Source of the DNA: Patescibacteria group bacterium
GTDB lineage: Bacteria; Patescibacteriota; Microgenomatia; UBA10105; UBA927
Length of the DNA stretch: 64,000 nucleotides
Reading direction: 5' to 3'
Assembly: GCA_049322955.1 (NCBI GenBank)
Contig: JBMOPU010000012.1
Coordinates: 681,517-745,516, forward strand
In this document: in pieces, positions 47,047 to 56,445 of the stretch
Layout: each line of letters opens with the position of its first letter
Position numbering within the stretch: the stretch's first letter is position 1
The notes under the pieces: generated by a model
The model's database searches: none
What the model saw: only the letters and a program-made list of their open reading frames with translations
What the model was told of the DNA's origin: nothing
Translations under genes and position numbers: made by a program

Positions 47047-48324
47047 TTATATGGTGGGATCGTAGAACGGAAGTTTCTTACCCTTGAGCAAGACACCCCA
47101 GTCATGGATTTCGCCGTCGCTTCCCGGAGGCGGATTGACGCGGGAAGCCTGTAACACACAGACGACGGCGTCGGGTTCTTTGTTCTTCTCACGGATTTTA
47201 TCTTCCCAAAGCTCCAGCATGGCGAGTCCGCCGCCCAAGTAAATGCGCGTTTCGTTTTTGCCTGCGCCGTAAATGCGCACGTGCGGATTGATACGGCCTT
47301 CGCGGCCGGTCGAAAGTTTGTCGCCCATATCACCGACGGTAAATCTGCCTAATGCCGCCATTTCCGGCTGGATGTTCATAAGGTAATTTGTCCCGATGGC
47401 CTTACTGCCTAATCCGTACGCAAGCGCCCCCACGCGGATAAGTGTCGGAACCTGACGATCAAGCGCCCGTTTGATCGCCATCGTGATCCCCTGGGTTGAG
47501 GCGACGGCGACGCGGATTTCTTCAAGCGTTTGTTTGCGCGTTCGTCCCATCAGATCATCGACTTCCTGATCGCCGAAAATCGTCGCTCCTGACGCCAAAC
47601 AATCGTCGAATCGGGTCAAGCGCTTGTATTCATACAAGCCCAGTCGTTTGCGCACGGCGGTTGCCCCTTTGGCAAAAAAACCTCCGAGACAGTCACTTAC
47701 CGCTTTCCGATATCGCGCTTTTTTATCGGCATCCATGACGGGGTCGTTGCCGATCGTGGTGAGCTCCCGCATCACGGGAGACATCGAGCCGTTACGGATT
47801 TCAATGATTATTTTGCCCTGAGCGTCATTTTTGATTGCCCGCATGACGGGAATTTCTTCCTCGCCCGACAGCGTCAGGCAGGACGCATCAGACGAAATTG
47901 CGGCAACGGCTTGGGCATCCGTGAGTTCCTTGCCGTACCCATCCTCACAAGTGAAATTGAGGGCTTTGAGCCCTTCGACAAACCGGTCGGCGGGAAGCTT
48001 GGTTCCCTCAATCGATTCAACGAGAAGCGGTCCGAAGAGCACTTCGGCATCGCCTTTGTTCGGCCTGCCGTATTTTTTTGCCCCGTGCCAGGCATCGGGG
48101 ATATCAATACTGTCACCGTCCCCTGCGATATTCACCCTCACCGTTTCCGCATTCCAGTGGGTATCAAAGCGGTCAAAAATTTCCTGCATGGTGATATCCC
48201 GTAACACCAGCGGCGGTTCAAGGATTTCCTGACTTTTTACGGAGTGAAAACGTTCCCCGGTTGAGGCATGGGGGTCGTGTTCGTACGGCGGTGATTGCGT
48301 AGGCCTACGAGACTCAATACTCAT
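47047..48324 (-). CDS. Divergent phosphoribosyltransferase (UPRTase-like)
   Basis: FDDCLASGAT PRPP loop and VGDMGDKL, similar to UPRTase GDAGDR. Confidence 0.5.
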   Translation of the reverse strand: MSIESRRPTQSPPYEHDPHASTGERFHSVKSQEILEPPLVLRDITMQEIFDRFDTHWNAETVRVNIAGDGDSIDIPDAWHGAKKYGRPNKGDAEVLFGPLLVESIEGTKLPADRFVEGLKALNFTCEDGYGKELTDAQAVAAISSDASCLTLSGEEEIPVMRAIKNDAQGKIIIEIRNGSMSPVMRELTTIGNDPVMDADKKARYRKAVSDCLGGFFAKGATAVRKRLGLYEYKRLTRFDDCLASGATIFGDQEVDDLMGRTRKQTLEEIRVAVASTQGITMAIKRALDRQVPTLIRVGALAYGLGSKAIGTNYLMNIQPEMAALGRFTVGDMGDKLSTGREGRINPHVRIYGAGKNETRIYLGGGLAMLELWEDKIREKNKEPDAVVCVLQASRVNPPPGSDGEIHDWGVLLKGKKLPFYDPTI

Positions 48325-48378
48325 ATCGCAGACCGATAGTAATATTTTTGACGAAAAAATACAACCCGGAGCCTGATA

Positions 48379-48750
48379 TCAACCAAAATAGGCCGTATCC
48401 GGGTTCTGATCGATCAAATGATGCGCCTGTTTCATTTCCTCCGGCGTATTGAGATGGATAATGACGAATTTCCCCGACGTCATTTTGTTTTGGTAATCAT
48501 GCGTTACTTCGAGGATGTGAACGAGTCCCCAGTAAATCCATTTCCCGTTTACATTTTCCACAAGAAAATTTCGCACCGGCGGAGCATGATAGAGACGAAT
48601 ATTGGCTTTTTTCTGAAACGTAAATAGTTTTCCTGCAACGTCATTGAGCGTAAATGGTTGCTTCACATGCGTTGCGATATCCAGCATGTCGGGAAAACCC
48701 TGGGCTTTGGAAATTTGGAGCGTGTCATTTAATTCGACAATACTTCCCAT
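48379..48750 (-). CDS. Hypothetical protein
   Basis: MGSIVELNDTLQIS start lies 6 nt after TATAAT. Confidence 0.65.
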   Translation of the reverse strand: MGSIVELNDTLQISKAQGFPDMLDIATHVKQPFTLNDVAGKLFTFQKKANIRLYHAPPVRNFLVENVNGKWIYWGLVHILEVTHDYQNKMTSGKFVIIHLNTPEEMKQAHHLIDQNPDTAYFG

Positions 48751-48823
48751 AGGTCGATTATACAAATCCCGCTTACTGCCGCAAGCACTTTCTTTCATAC
48801 ATGCCCTATAGTACAATCCTTGA

Positions 48824-49066
48824 ATGTCAGAACGCACCATTGTGCACCGAAAGCTATATACCGTAACCACGCAATCTCTTGAAGAGGTGTTACCCGGCGC
48901 CCGCCTCGTGTTCCGCGCGCTGGCTCCCTGCCCGCTGTTTGGACCACCCGACGAACGTCAGGGAATGGAGGTACGGCTTGACCGAACGGCTATTATCTTC
49001 TCTGCCTGGCATCTTTCGCTCCCCCAAAAAAGAGTATTTGTGCCCCGCTCCGTACTGGAGGAATAA
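48824..49066 (+). CDS. Hypothetical protein
   Basis: ATG shortly after TACAAT; fills the gap. Confidence 0.4.
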   Translation: MSERTIVHRKLYTVTTQSLEEVLPGARLVFRALAPCPLFGPPDERQGMEVRLDRTAIIFSAWHLSLPQKRVFVPRSVLEE

Positions 49067-49107
49067 CCCATTGTGATGATGCCCCATAGGGCTCCTTAAT
49101 CCATCGT

Positions 49108-49449
49108 TCACTCGAGCGGAGTTCCTTCGTAGGCAGGAGGAGCATTCAGACTTCCCATGCATTGGGACTGACATGTTTCCTTGAGTGCCGAGTTCTCGCA
49201 CTGTTTGACGCACTCTGCCTTTTTGACCTGTTCTCCTACGTTAAGAGTAGCACCGATCCCGAAAAGCACCCCGAAAAGGATGATAAGGATTACGGGAAGG
49301 GTGACCAGGATTTTTACCCACTTTGCCCATGACGTCCACAACCACATGACGACAACCCCGATAGGGTACACGAAAAAGAGCAATAAGAGGGTGAGAATGC
49401 TATTGGTATTGTCTGCCGCGGTGGCTGTCGGTTTTTCTTTCATATGATC
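49108..49449 (-). CDS. Small membrane protein with Cys-rich tail
   Basis: LLLLFFVYPIGVVVMW…W.KW TM hairpin, CxxxC…CxxxC. Confidence 0.65.
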   Translation of the reverse strand, partial: DHMKEKPTATAADNTNSILTLLLLFFVYPIGVVVMWLWTSWAKWVKILVTLPVILIILFGVLFGIGATLNVGEQVKKAECVKQCENSALKETCQSQCMGSLNAPPAYEGTPLE

Positions 49450-49517
49450 GTACGATGGCACAGTCAACTACCGCGGTCAAGCATGAGTATCATATTGTTC
49501 GATACATCACATAAATT

Positions 49518-50597
49518 GTGGTAGAATTGCCCCTTCCCCCGACCCTGTCGGGCATCTCTATGCATCACGAATATTCTCAACTTTGTGCCATTCCGTCCGT
49601 TGCCGACGTCATGCACGGCAAAGGTGACACGAAGTGGCTGACTCCCCCGTTGCGTTCACTCGCGGCACATATGCTCTGGATGCCTTCAATTCATCGGGAT
49701 GCATTATCTGCACCGGAAACCGATCTTGAGACTTCGGCACTCATTTTGGCACAAGCGAAAGACCGAACCGTCGGCAAGCTGAGACATATGCGACTGACGT
49801 TGCCGCACTATTTCCGTGCCTACGATGCGTTCGGATCGGGAAACATCGATGAACTGCAAAGGATTGATGCCGAATCGCATCGCCGCATTGAGCCTGCGGA
49901 CGAACAACCGGACACAAAGACCCTCATGACCGATCCCACGGGTCGATATACCCCGGAGCGACGTCAGTTGCATTGGGAGTACGTGCATGCCAGCCAGCAG
50001 GGCATCCGGTCAAGCCATTTTCCGGTTTTGCGAATAGTCATGGGACCGTTCGGTGCGGGGAAATCCGAAAAACTTCGCGCACTCTACAAAAACACCGAGC
50101 CGATCTATGTGAGTGATCCCGATGCGGTGCGTCCGTATCTTATGGATGACTTTGATGCATCCAACCATACGCATGTCATGCGAACCAGTCGTGAAGTCGC
50201 CGATCTTTCCGATCTTGCTTTCAATGTCGCGCTGGGGAAGCGGTTATCCATACTTTGCGAAACATCTCTTCGCCACCTCGACTGGTGGAAAAAAATGGTG
50301 CATCGTGTCAATCGCATTGGGTATCGGGTCGAGCTTCATATGGCCGCCCGTCCCATTCAGGATTGTTTTCGGCGCGTTATCGCAAGCCGCGACCGGCCGG
50401 CGCGCATACGAGATTACCTGAACCTGACGGAACGATACAAAAATTTTATGGCGCTTGTTGATCACCCGGGAGTGAGTACCGTCACGCTCACCGGCATGGC
50501 GAGTCCTGAAGGGATGCGTCCGGAGGATTGCCCGCTTACGGGAGACTATATCCGCGCGATGCAACAGCATCCGAATGTGATCGCCCTTACGATGTAA
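49518..50597 (+). CDS. Zeta-toxin-like P-loop kinase with N-terminal extension
   Basis: MGPFGAGKS, DPDAVR, ETSL, GYRVEL, RVIASR. Confidence 0.7.
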   Translation: MVELPLPPTLSGISMHHEYSQLCAIPSVADVMHGKGDTKWLTPPLRSLAAHMLWMPSIHRDALSAPETDLETSALILAQAKDRTVGKLRHMRLTLPHYFRAYDAFGSGNIDELQRIDAESHRRIEPADEQPDTKTLMTDPTGRYTPERRQLHWEYVHASQQGIRSSHFPVLRIVMGPFGAGKSEKLRALYKNTEPIYVSDPDAVRPYLMDDFDASNHTHVMRTSREVADLSDLAFNVALGKRLSILCETSLRHLDWWKKMVHRVNRIGYRVELHMAARPIQDCFRRVIASRDRPARIRDYLNLTERYKNFMALVDHPGVSTVTLTGMASPEGMRPEDCPLTGDYIRAMQQHPNVIALTM

Positions 50598-51612
50598 CGA
50601 TGGGCTTATTTAGCAACTCCCCCCAGCGAAGCTCTTTTGCGGCGTGGTAAATCTCTTTATGACGTTTCAGCACACGGGCACGGACAATACCCTCTGCCGT
50701 GAGCACGGGGACAATAAGATAGCCCTTGTACTTTTCGACTTTTCCGATCGTCACTCCCCATGGCGAAACGGTCGTCGGCAAGCTCCCGCGCGCAACATAG
50801 GCATACGTGGCTTCTTCCCAATCCGAAGCCATAAGCGAAGAATCACGCATGCTTTGACGGATAAGTCGCATGAAGTCCGGCCGCTGAAATCGCTGGGAGA
50901 AGTGAATCCACGTTTTCTCATCGCTCACGAATGTTTGATCGATATAAGGAGCCAAAAGCGGAAGCTTTATCGCATCCGTTTTGGCAAACCGTTCAATAAG
51001 CGTCACGCCGTCTTTCGTTCCCGGTTCAATAATGACCAGTATGCCGCTACATTTTTTCGCAATATGCGTGAGCACTTGCTCTTTTAATATGCCGGGAAGT
51101 TCGTTTATGACACTGGCGACAACGACAAGATCATACTGGTTTGTATCCTGGTCATCATTGACCCAATTGAGAAACGAGGCTTTGACCCAGGTTGGCGCCA
51201 GGGTTTCGCGATAGACGGTGGCAAACTCATCGGCAACGGAAAGAAAATGCTGTACTTGGTCGACACCGACTGCAGTACCTATAGACGGCCAAAGTTCTTT
51301 GGCCGCCCAAATGGCCGTTCCCGGGCCGCAACCGACATCGAGCATACGCGCGGGCTTCCAATCGGGGTTACGTTCCTTAATCTGAGCAAGCGCGCCGTAT
51401 ATCTGAGCATAGGTCGCGGGAAAGCGAAGACACAGGTACGCCAGGACATCATCGGGACTCTTTACGAATGCCTGACGATCACCCGCTTCACGTTGCATAT
51501 ATCGCGCATGCAACTGTTCCGCATGCTGTCGCAAGGCGCGCATATTGCTCCGCGAGATAATGCGTCGTGTTATTTCCTGAATTGGAGATGGAAGGTTAAC
51601 GAATGTTTGCAA
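50587..51612 (-). CDS. Rsm22/METTL17-family SAM-dependent methyltransferase
   Basis: AYLCLRFPATYA, LDVGCGPGT, IEPGT, HFSQR, WGE. Confidence 0.8.
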   Translation of the reverse strand: MQTFVNLPSPIQEITRRIISRSNMRALRQHAEQLHARYMQREAGDRQAFVKSPDDVLAYLCLRFPATYAQIYGALAQIKERNPDWKPARMLDVGCGPGTAIWAAKELWPSIGTAVGVDQVQHFLSVADEFATVYRETLAPTWVKASFLNWVNDDQDTNQYDLVVVASVINELPGILKEQVLTHIAKKCSGILVIIEPGTKDGVTLIERFAKTDAIKLPLLAPYIDQTFVSDEKTWIHFSQRFQRPDFMRLIRQSMRDSSLMASDWEEATYAYVARGSLPTTVSPWGVTIGKVEKYKGYLIVPVLTAEGIVRARVLKRHKEIYHAAKELRWGELLNKPIVTS

Positions 51613-51738
51613 AGTACCGTGATTATAGCAAAACGGCAGACTTGGCGGCGCGTTTGCGAATACGTCTCACCATTTGTTTCGATTCGGAAATCGGCAGAGG
51701 CATACGCGGCTTGCATCATGTAAGGAGTACACGGTTGC

Positions 51739-52407
51739 CTAACGTCCTTCGACGGACAATTTGGCCTTTCTCCCTTCTTTGCGCCATCCCGCAAAGATAC
51801 GATCAAAATTTACCTTTTTTCGATGCCATATATACGGGTACGGCAGACGGAGTGAGTTGTAAAAAATGGAAGGATAAAACGGATGACCCTCGGCAAGCAA
51901 CCGTCGCGGTGAAAGGATAAATAACTCGATTTTTGTACCGCTTAACGTCCCTATTTCTGCTTCAAAACGCGTTGCCTCGGTTGCATCGTTATCGATGACG
52001 GCAATATCGATGTCATAAAAAAATCTATTTGCCGGCCTATTGGCGAGTTTTTCATGCTTTACTGTCGGAAGTTCAAGCGGCAACCTGCCGTCCACATGTC
52101 CTGCAACAAGCGGCCATTCCCTTCGGATACCCCGTATCGTTGCAAGCGACATAGCATCGCGATATTTCATCCTAAGCCGACGCTCGGAGTGGATAACTAC
52201 CCCCGCTTTTCTGCAACCCGCAAGCCCTGCATACGACCGGTTTGGCGCAAAGGCATCGAGGAGCTCCAACATATCTTTCGCTTCGGCTTCATTGCGCAAG
52301 TGATAGCCGACAGCAAGAAACGGAAGTGTGGGTTGTTTCGCAATGAGGTCACGCACCCGCGTGCGTTCCACACGGGAAAGTCGGGACAATGTTTCGGTCA
52401 TTACCAT
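51739..52407 (-). CDS. Hypothetical protein (possible nucleotidyltransferase fold)
   Basis: YDIDIAVI DxD motif only; start 6 nt after TATAAT. Confidence 0.45.
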   Translation of the reverse strand: MVMTETLSRLSRVERTRVRDLIAKQPTLPFLAVGYHLRNEAEAKDMLELLDAFAPNRSYAGLAGCRKAGVVIHSERRLRMKYRDAMSLATIRGIRREWPLVAGHVDGRLPLELPTVKHEKLANRPANRFFYDIDIAVIDNDATEATRFEAEIGTLSGTKIELFILSPRRLLAEGHPFYPSIFYNSLRLPYPYIWHRKKVNFDRIFAGWRKEGRKAKLSVEGR

Positions 52408-52482
52408 CCCCGAATTATAGTAAATGAAGCTAAAGTTATCAACTATAGGATATATTTGCATGATTCATGGTATAATATGGCC

Positions 52483-52716
52483 ATGTTAGAAAGAGCAAAG
52501 TTATTGTTAAGACGACCGCCAGATCACCCGAGGCTTGCGCCCTCCATCGCCCCGATGCCCGCCGATCATGTGGCAAATGTACTGGACTGGGCGGCTCCGG
52601 AATTTGTATTGGAAGGCAAAGCGATGGGATTAAAAGGGAAAAAACTGGATGCATTTGTAAAACGACGAACGGACGAAGCACGAAAAGCGGCAACAGAAAT
52701 GTTTGCGGGGTCTTGA
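52483..52716 (+). CDS. Hypothetical protein
   Basis: ATG 6 nt after TGGTATAAT. Confidence 0.5.
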   Translation: MLERAKLLLRRPPDHPRLAPSIAPMPADHVANVLDWAAPEFVLEGKAMGLKGKKLDAFVKRRTDEARKAATEMFAGS

Positions 52717-53174
52717 TGATAAGGAAGTATCCGTTGAGGATACCTTCTTTTTTTTCTACGAACCTATCCCCCTTTGGTCTTCGGACAAAAAAAGCTAACT
52801 GTACAATTTTCCGAAAACCGATTATACTAAGAAGTATTAAATCTACACCTCACCAGTCTATCGACCCTACGAACTCCCGAGAGATTATCCAGGATATTGC
52901 AGGCAATCTTATCCAGATCGGCAATTGGACACTGAAAGGCTTCAGTCAGCAACAATCAAACATCACGCTATTTCTGAAACTTACCCGAAAAAATATCGAT
53001 GCGTTGTCCGAACGGAACCTTCGCGAAAAATTTCGTCCGACGTTTGATCAATTTTGCACGCAATACGCCGAGTTGGAGAAAGAATATCAGCATGGTATCG
53101 CCGATCATCAAAAATGGGCGAAACTGCTTCATGCCTTGGCAAACACGTTGCACCGACAGTCACTCCTCGCGTAA
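52713..53174 (+). CDS. Hypothetical helical protein (start uncertain)
   Basis: ORF only. Confidence 0.4.
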   Translation: MMIRKYPLRIPSFFSTNLSPFGLRTKKANCTIFRKPIILRSIKSTPHQSIDPTNSREIIQDIAGNLIQIGNWTLKGFSQQQSNITLFLKLTRKNIDALSERNLREKFRPTFDQFCTQYAELEKEYQHGIADHQKWAKLLHALANTLHRQSLLA

Positions 53175-53186
53175 TAGCATCCCGTC

Positions 53187-53510
53187 TCACTCCGTTTCAC
53201 TAACGGTATAGGCATAAAGCGTGCTACCGGAATACGATCCGGTGATCGTCACTTTCTTTCCGGAATATGCCGAGAGATCGATCTTTTGTGAAGCGATGCC
53301 GACGGTTTTTCCCTGATCAGTGCGCAATATATAACTGTAATCATCCCCTTTTCCGGGCATAAGGAGCCCGCTCACCGTATCCGTTTGGGAACCCGTGCTT
53401 TCCTCCGTCGCCTGCGTCGGAAACGCGGGCTTGGCAAGGTACTGATACCCGTAATACCCCGCTCCGCAAAGTACCCCCAACACAATGAGAATGATCAGAA
53501 AATTTTTCAT
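53187..53510 (-). CDS. Small membrane-anchored OB-fold-like protein
   Basis: N-terminal TM; DLSAYSGKKVTITG. Confidence 0.6.
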   Translation of the reverse strand: MKNFLIILIVLGVLCGAGYYGYQYLAKPAFPTQATEESTGSQTDTVSGLLMPGKGDDYSYILRTDQGKTVGIASQKIDLSAYSGKKVTITGSYSGSTLYAYTVSETE

Positions 53511-53589
53511 ATACAACCATACTAGCGCATCCCCGGAGAAAATTCATAGATGTGGTAAGCTCGATTAAGACCTATAGTTGTGATATACT

Positions 53590-53991
53590 ATGCCCTTCAT
53601 GAAAGAATCTGCCCAACCAAGAATTCCGCTCTATCTCGGAAAGGAAATTCGCTGTTACCGCGTGAACGGACGAGGCGGAAAACGACTGCTTATTGAAGCG
53701 GGTGATTTTGCGTACACCCTCGAAGAGCTCAAAGTTTTGCTTCTTGCGTGTGACGGCAAAACCCTTGCCCAAACGGATAGCCTACGAGGGACGGATGGAT
53801 CACGAAACATGCGCTACCGGCTCCGCAAACGAAACAACGGTACACATCTCACCCGCCTGTATGAAAATGCCCGGCACCATGAGCTCGTGTATCCGTTCGT
53901 CATTGAAGGGCTGGAAACGCTTCTTAAGCACGATAGGACACGGTATCCGCGAAAACCGGCGGCATCCCGCCTTTTAGCAGAAATGAGATAA
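53590..53991 (+). CDS. Hypothetical protein
   Basis: ORF after TGaTATACT. Confidence 0.5.
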   Translation: MPFMKESAQPRIPLYLGKEIRCYRVNGRGGKRLLIEAGDFAYTLEELKVLLLACDGKTLAQTDSLRGTDGSRNMRYRLRKRNNGTHLTRLYENARHHELVYPFVIEGLETLLKHDRTRYPRKPAASRLLAEMR

Positions 53992-54102
53992 TCGGATACC
54001 GATAGCCGTTTTCGATACGCTTACACCTATATGGCATCACTGTTAGAGATTCTTTCAGGAATACGAAGCGAAAGAATTGAATATTGAAATACATAACATA
54101 TC

Positions 54103-54301
54103 TATGACTACCCGTCCGAGAAAAATATCAGAGCAATCAGCTCGCGAAATTCGTGAACACATACGTCATTGGCTTTCAAAATTCGGAAGATTGGATAAAG
54201 CTATTGTAGAAATGCATCGGAGAAGAATTTATATTGAACGGCAAGCCGAAGAGCTGAAAGAAAAATATCCCCAATCGGCAAGCGCCAAAGAACGAAGTTA
54301 A
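54103..54301 (+). CDS. Hypothetical protein
   Basis: Short AT-rich ORF. Confidence 0.4.
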
Positions 54302-54447
54302 GCAATTCGTGCACGACATTTTTTCGCGTGCCATATTCGGGTAACTTACTCCCCGCTTCCGTCTCTCACACACCTCAGAGGTGCGCTTCTCTTCACACAT
54401 AGGGATAGTCCATACTTTCACGCATCGCAAGGCAAGTCGCCTAAAAC

Positions 54448-55092
54448 ATGAAAAATTCACCGCAAGAGCGTATAATCGCCAAGAAGCGAAATACTATGAC
54501 ACGATTTGAAGGCAAGATTATCGGAATCATCGGTCCCGAAGGTTCGGGAAAATCCACCATCACCAAACGGTTGGCGGCAGAAACCGGATTGCCGCGTGTG
54601 TATCCCGGCGACCTCTTACGTGAGTATGCAAAAAATGACACCACGGAAATCGGCGAGGCGGCAAGGAAAATGTTTGCGGAAAATGCGTATTTTCCGCCAT
54701 ACATGTTGCTTGACGTCATGAGGCGGCGGTTTGCTCAGGGGGACTTAACGCGCGGCTTTATATTGGACGGACCATTTAGAACCGTAGAAGAAACCCGGGG
54801 CTATCCCCAATTGCTACAAGATACACACTTAGACATGCCGGTGACCGTCGTATCGCTCAGAATCCCCGGATGGTTAAGCCTCGATAGGTTAGTGTCGGGC
54901 GAAAATGCGAGAGCGAGGGAGGACGATACGCCCCAGGGTGTTATACGTCGGCTGGGGCATTTTTATGACATGCTGGGGTTTCGTATGAAAGCCATACGGG
55001 AAAACGGATGGCACTCCTTGCACGTGCGTGCGATTGGTCAGCCGGAAGAGGTGTACCAGGGCGTCGTAACGGCGTTGCGTGCTGAGGGTTAG
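54448..55092 (+). CDS. Adenylate kinase family NMP kinase (short lid)
   Basis: GPEGSGKST, GDLLR, ILDGPFRT, RAREDD. Confidence 0.85.
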   Translation: MKNSPQERIIAKKRNTMTRFEGKIIGIIGPEGSGKSTITKRLAAETGLPRVYPGDLLREYAKNDTTEIGEAARKMFAENAYFPPYMLLDVMRRRFAQGDLTRGFILDGPFRTVEETRGYPQLLQDTHLDMPVTVVSLRIPGWLSLDRLVSGENARAREDDTPQGVIRRLGHFYDMLGFRMKAIRENGWHSLHVRAIGQPEEVYQGVVTALRAEG

Positions 55093-55152
55093 CACGATAG
55101 GTATTTCATACCCCGTTCAAATCGAAAGACGGCAAATTCCAGGATTTTTTGT

Positions 55153-55279
55153 ATGTACCCCCTGCCGGATTTGGTGTGACTACACACCAATCACCAGCAG
55201 TACGACTCGCGTCGAAGACGACGCTTGTTAACTGCTGGACTGCGAACCGGTGAACCGATTCACATATTCGGTACGAGAT
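55153..55279 (-). repeat. Split duplicate of the tRNA-Glu 3' half (T-loop interrupted by a 71-nt insert)
   Basis: 55153-55171 joined to 55243-55250 equals 55323-55349 exactly; CGATTCAC also repeated at 55256-55263. Confidence 0.75.
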
Positions 55280-55285
55280 ATATAT

Positions 55286-55323
55286 GTACAAAAAATCCCG
55301 CCTATTGGCGGGAATTTTGTACA
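55286..55323 (-). terminator. Intrinsic terminator after tRNA-Glu
   Basis: Minus strand ACAAAATTCCCGCC-AATA-GGCGGGATTTTTTGT. Confidence 0.8.
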
Positions 55324-55325
55324 TG

Positions 55326-55399
55326 TACCCCCTGCCGGATTCGAACCGGCGATTCACGGGCTGAAAACCCGTTGTCCTAGGCCGCTAGACGAAGGGGGC
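55326..55399 (-). tRNA. tRNA-Glu(TTC)
   Basis: GCCCCCT/AGGGGGT acceptor, ACGGG-TTTTCAG-CCCGT anticodon arm. Confidence 0.95.
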
Positions 55400-55462
55400 G
55401 CAAGGAACCTCATAATTGTAACAAAAAACACCCCAAATTGGTATAATCTCCTTTCATTTCTT

Positions 55463-55678
55463 ATGAGTGCCGATACTGAAACAAAAAAGAAAACATTTGA
55501 TTGGGGTGACGGTCATGAAGTGGAAATTCCTCGACCGAATCTCAACGAAATTCCCGGCGACTCCATGATCTGCCCCATGCCGTGCTTTCCCGTGGGCGAA
55601 GATGAAAAAGAGTGGAAAAAACACGAAAGGCGATCAATTCGACCGAAACGCAAAAGAAAAGAAGAAGAAAAGCCTTAG
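55463..55678 (+). CDS. Hypothetical protein
   Basis: ATG after TGGTATAAT; charged C-terminus. Confidence 0.45.
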   Translation: MSADTETKKKTFDWGDGHEVEIPRPNLNEIPGDSMICPMPCFPVGEDEKEWKKHERRSIRPKRKRKEEEKP

Positions 55679-55923
55679 GCTTTCCTCACAAAGCAGGTTA
55701 TTCGAGTGGTGATGTTAACTAGCTTATGATGCACCGCGTTGGTTGAGGCGGTAAATGCCCCGGCGAGGTCCTTGCCGTTCAGTTGACTCTGCCCATTGCC
55801 ACAGCGTCCCGTGACCAAGTAAAACCTTCCGTCAGGGAACTGTTGCATCCCACGCTTGCCTGCCGCGACAAACGCTTTGCAGTCTTTGCAGAGGGGCTCA
55901 TCTTCTTTTATATATCGGGGCAT
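55675..55923 (-). CDS. Small Cys-containing hypothetical protein
   Basis: CKDC…C…C, possible Zn ribbon. Confidence 0.45.
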   Translation of the reverse strand: MPRYIKEDEPLCKDCKAFVAAGKRGMQQFPDGRFYLVTGRCGNGQSQLNGKDLAGAFTASTNAVHHKLVNITTRITCFVRKA

Positions 55924-55970
55924 ATGTTGATTCTATTGCACTCAGGCCGAAATACCAACAATCCTGCAAT

Positions 55971-56360
55971 TTATTCTTCCACGTACTCAAGCATTTTGAA
56001 AATGACGTTCCGCGATCCGCCCGGCATATGTTGCGACCCGAGGAGTACCGCCGGTGCACTTTTTCGCCGTAACACGGTCGAGACCTGCAAAAATTCACCA
56101 GGAATACCCAGCTGAGCGATCACCGCGTCTTCCCTGGTCGGTTGAATCTCCAATAATCCCGTGCCGTCTGATCGCACCGTCAGCTTCCAATTATGCGAGA
56201 CATTATTCCACCGGAGATCGTTGAGTGTGTACACGCCGGGCTTTCGATACCAATGGACAAGCGGCGTGCCCGTATGACTTCTGATTGCGCGATCAACACC
56301 GGCGAGCGTCGTTTGCTCGGGAAATATTGCAGGCTGAAATATGGTCTCCCTAATGGTCAT
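55971..56360 (-). CDS. Hypothetical protein
   Basis: ORF with TATAAT-N6-ATG. Confidence 0.55.
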   Translation of the reverse strand: MTIRETIFQPAIFPEQTTLAGVDRAIRSHTGTPLVHWYRKPGVYTLNDLRWNNVSHNWKLTVRSDGTGLLEIQPTREDAVIAQLGIPGEFLQVSTVLRRKSAPAVLLGSQHMPGGSRNVIFKMLEYVEE

Positions 56361-56445
56361 CTACATATTATAGGCTATTTTAAGCTTTTCATCAACCGTT
56401 TCCCCTCTTGCGTGAAGGAGTACTTTTGCTTTTAAATAGTTGGAT

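Noticed and set aside
55106-55462. ORF 55106-55357 and the N-terminal part of 55250-55678
   Set aside because: Both run through tRNA-Glu and its terminator.
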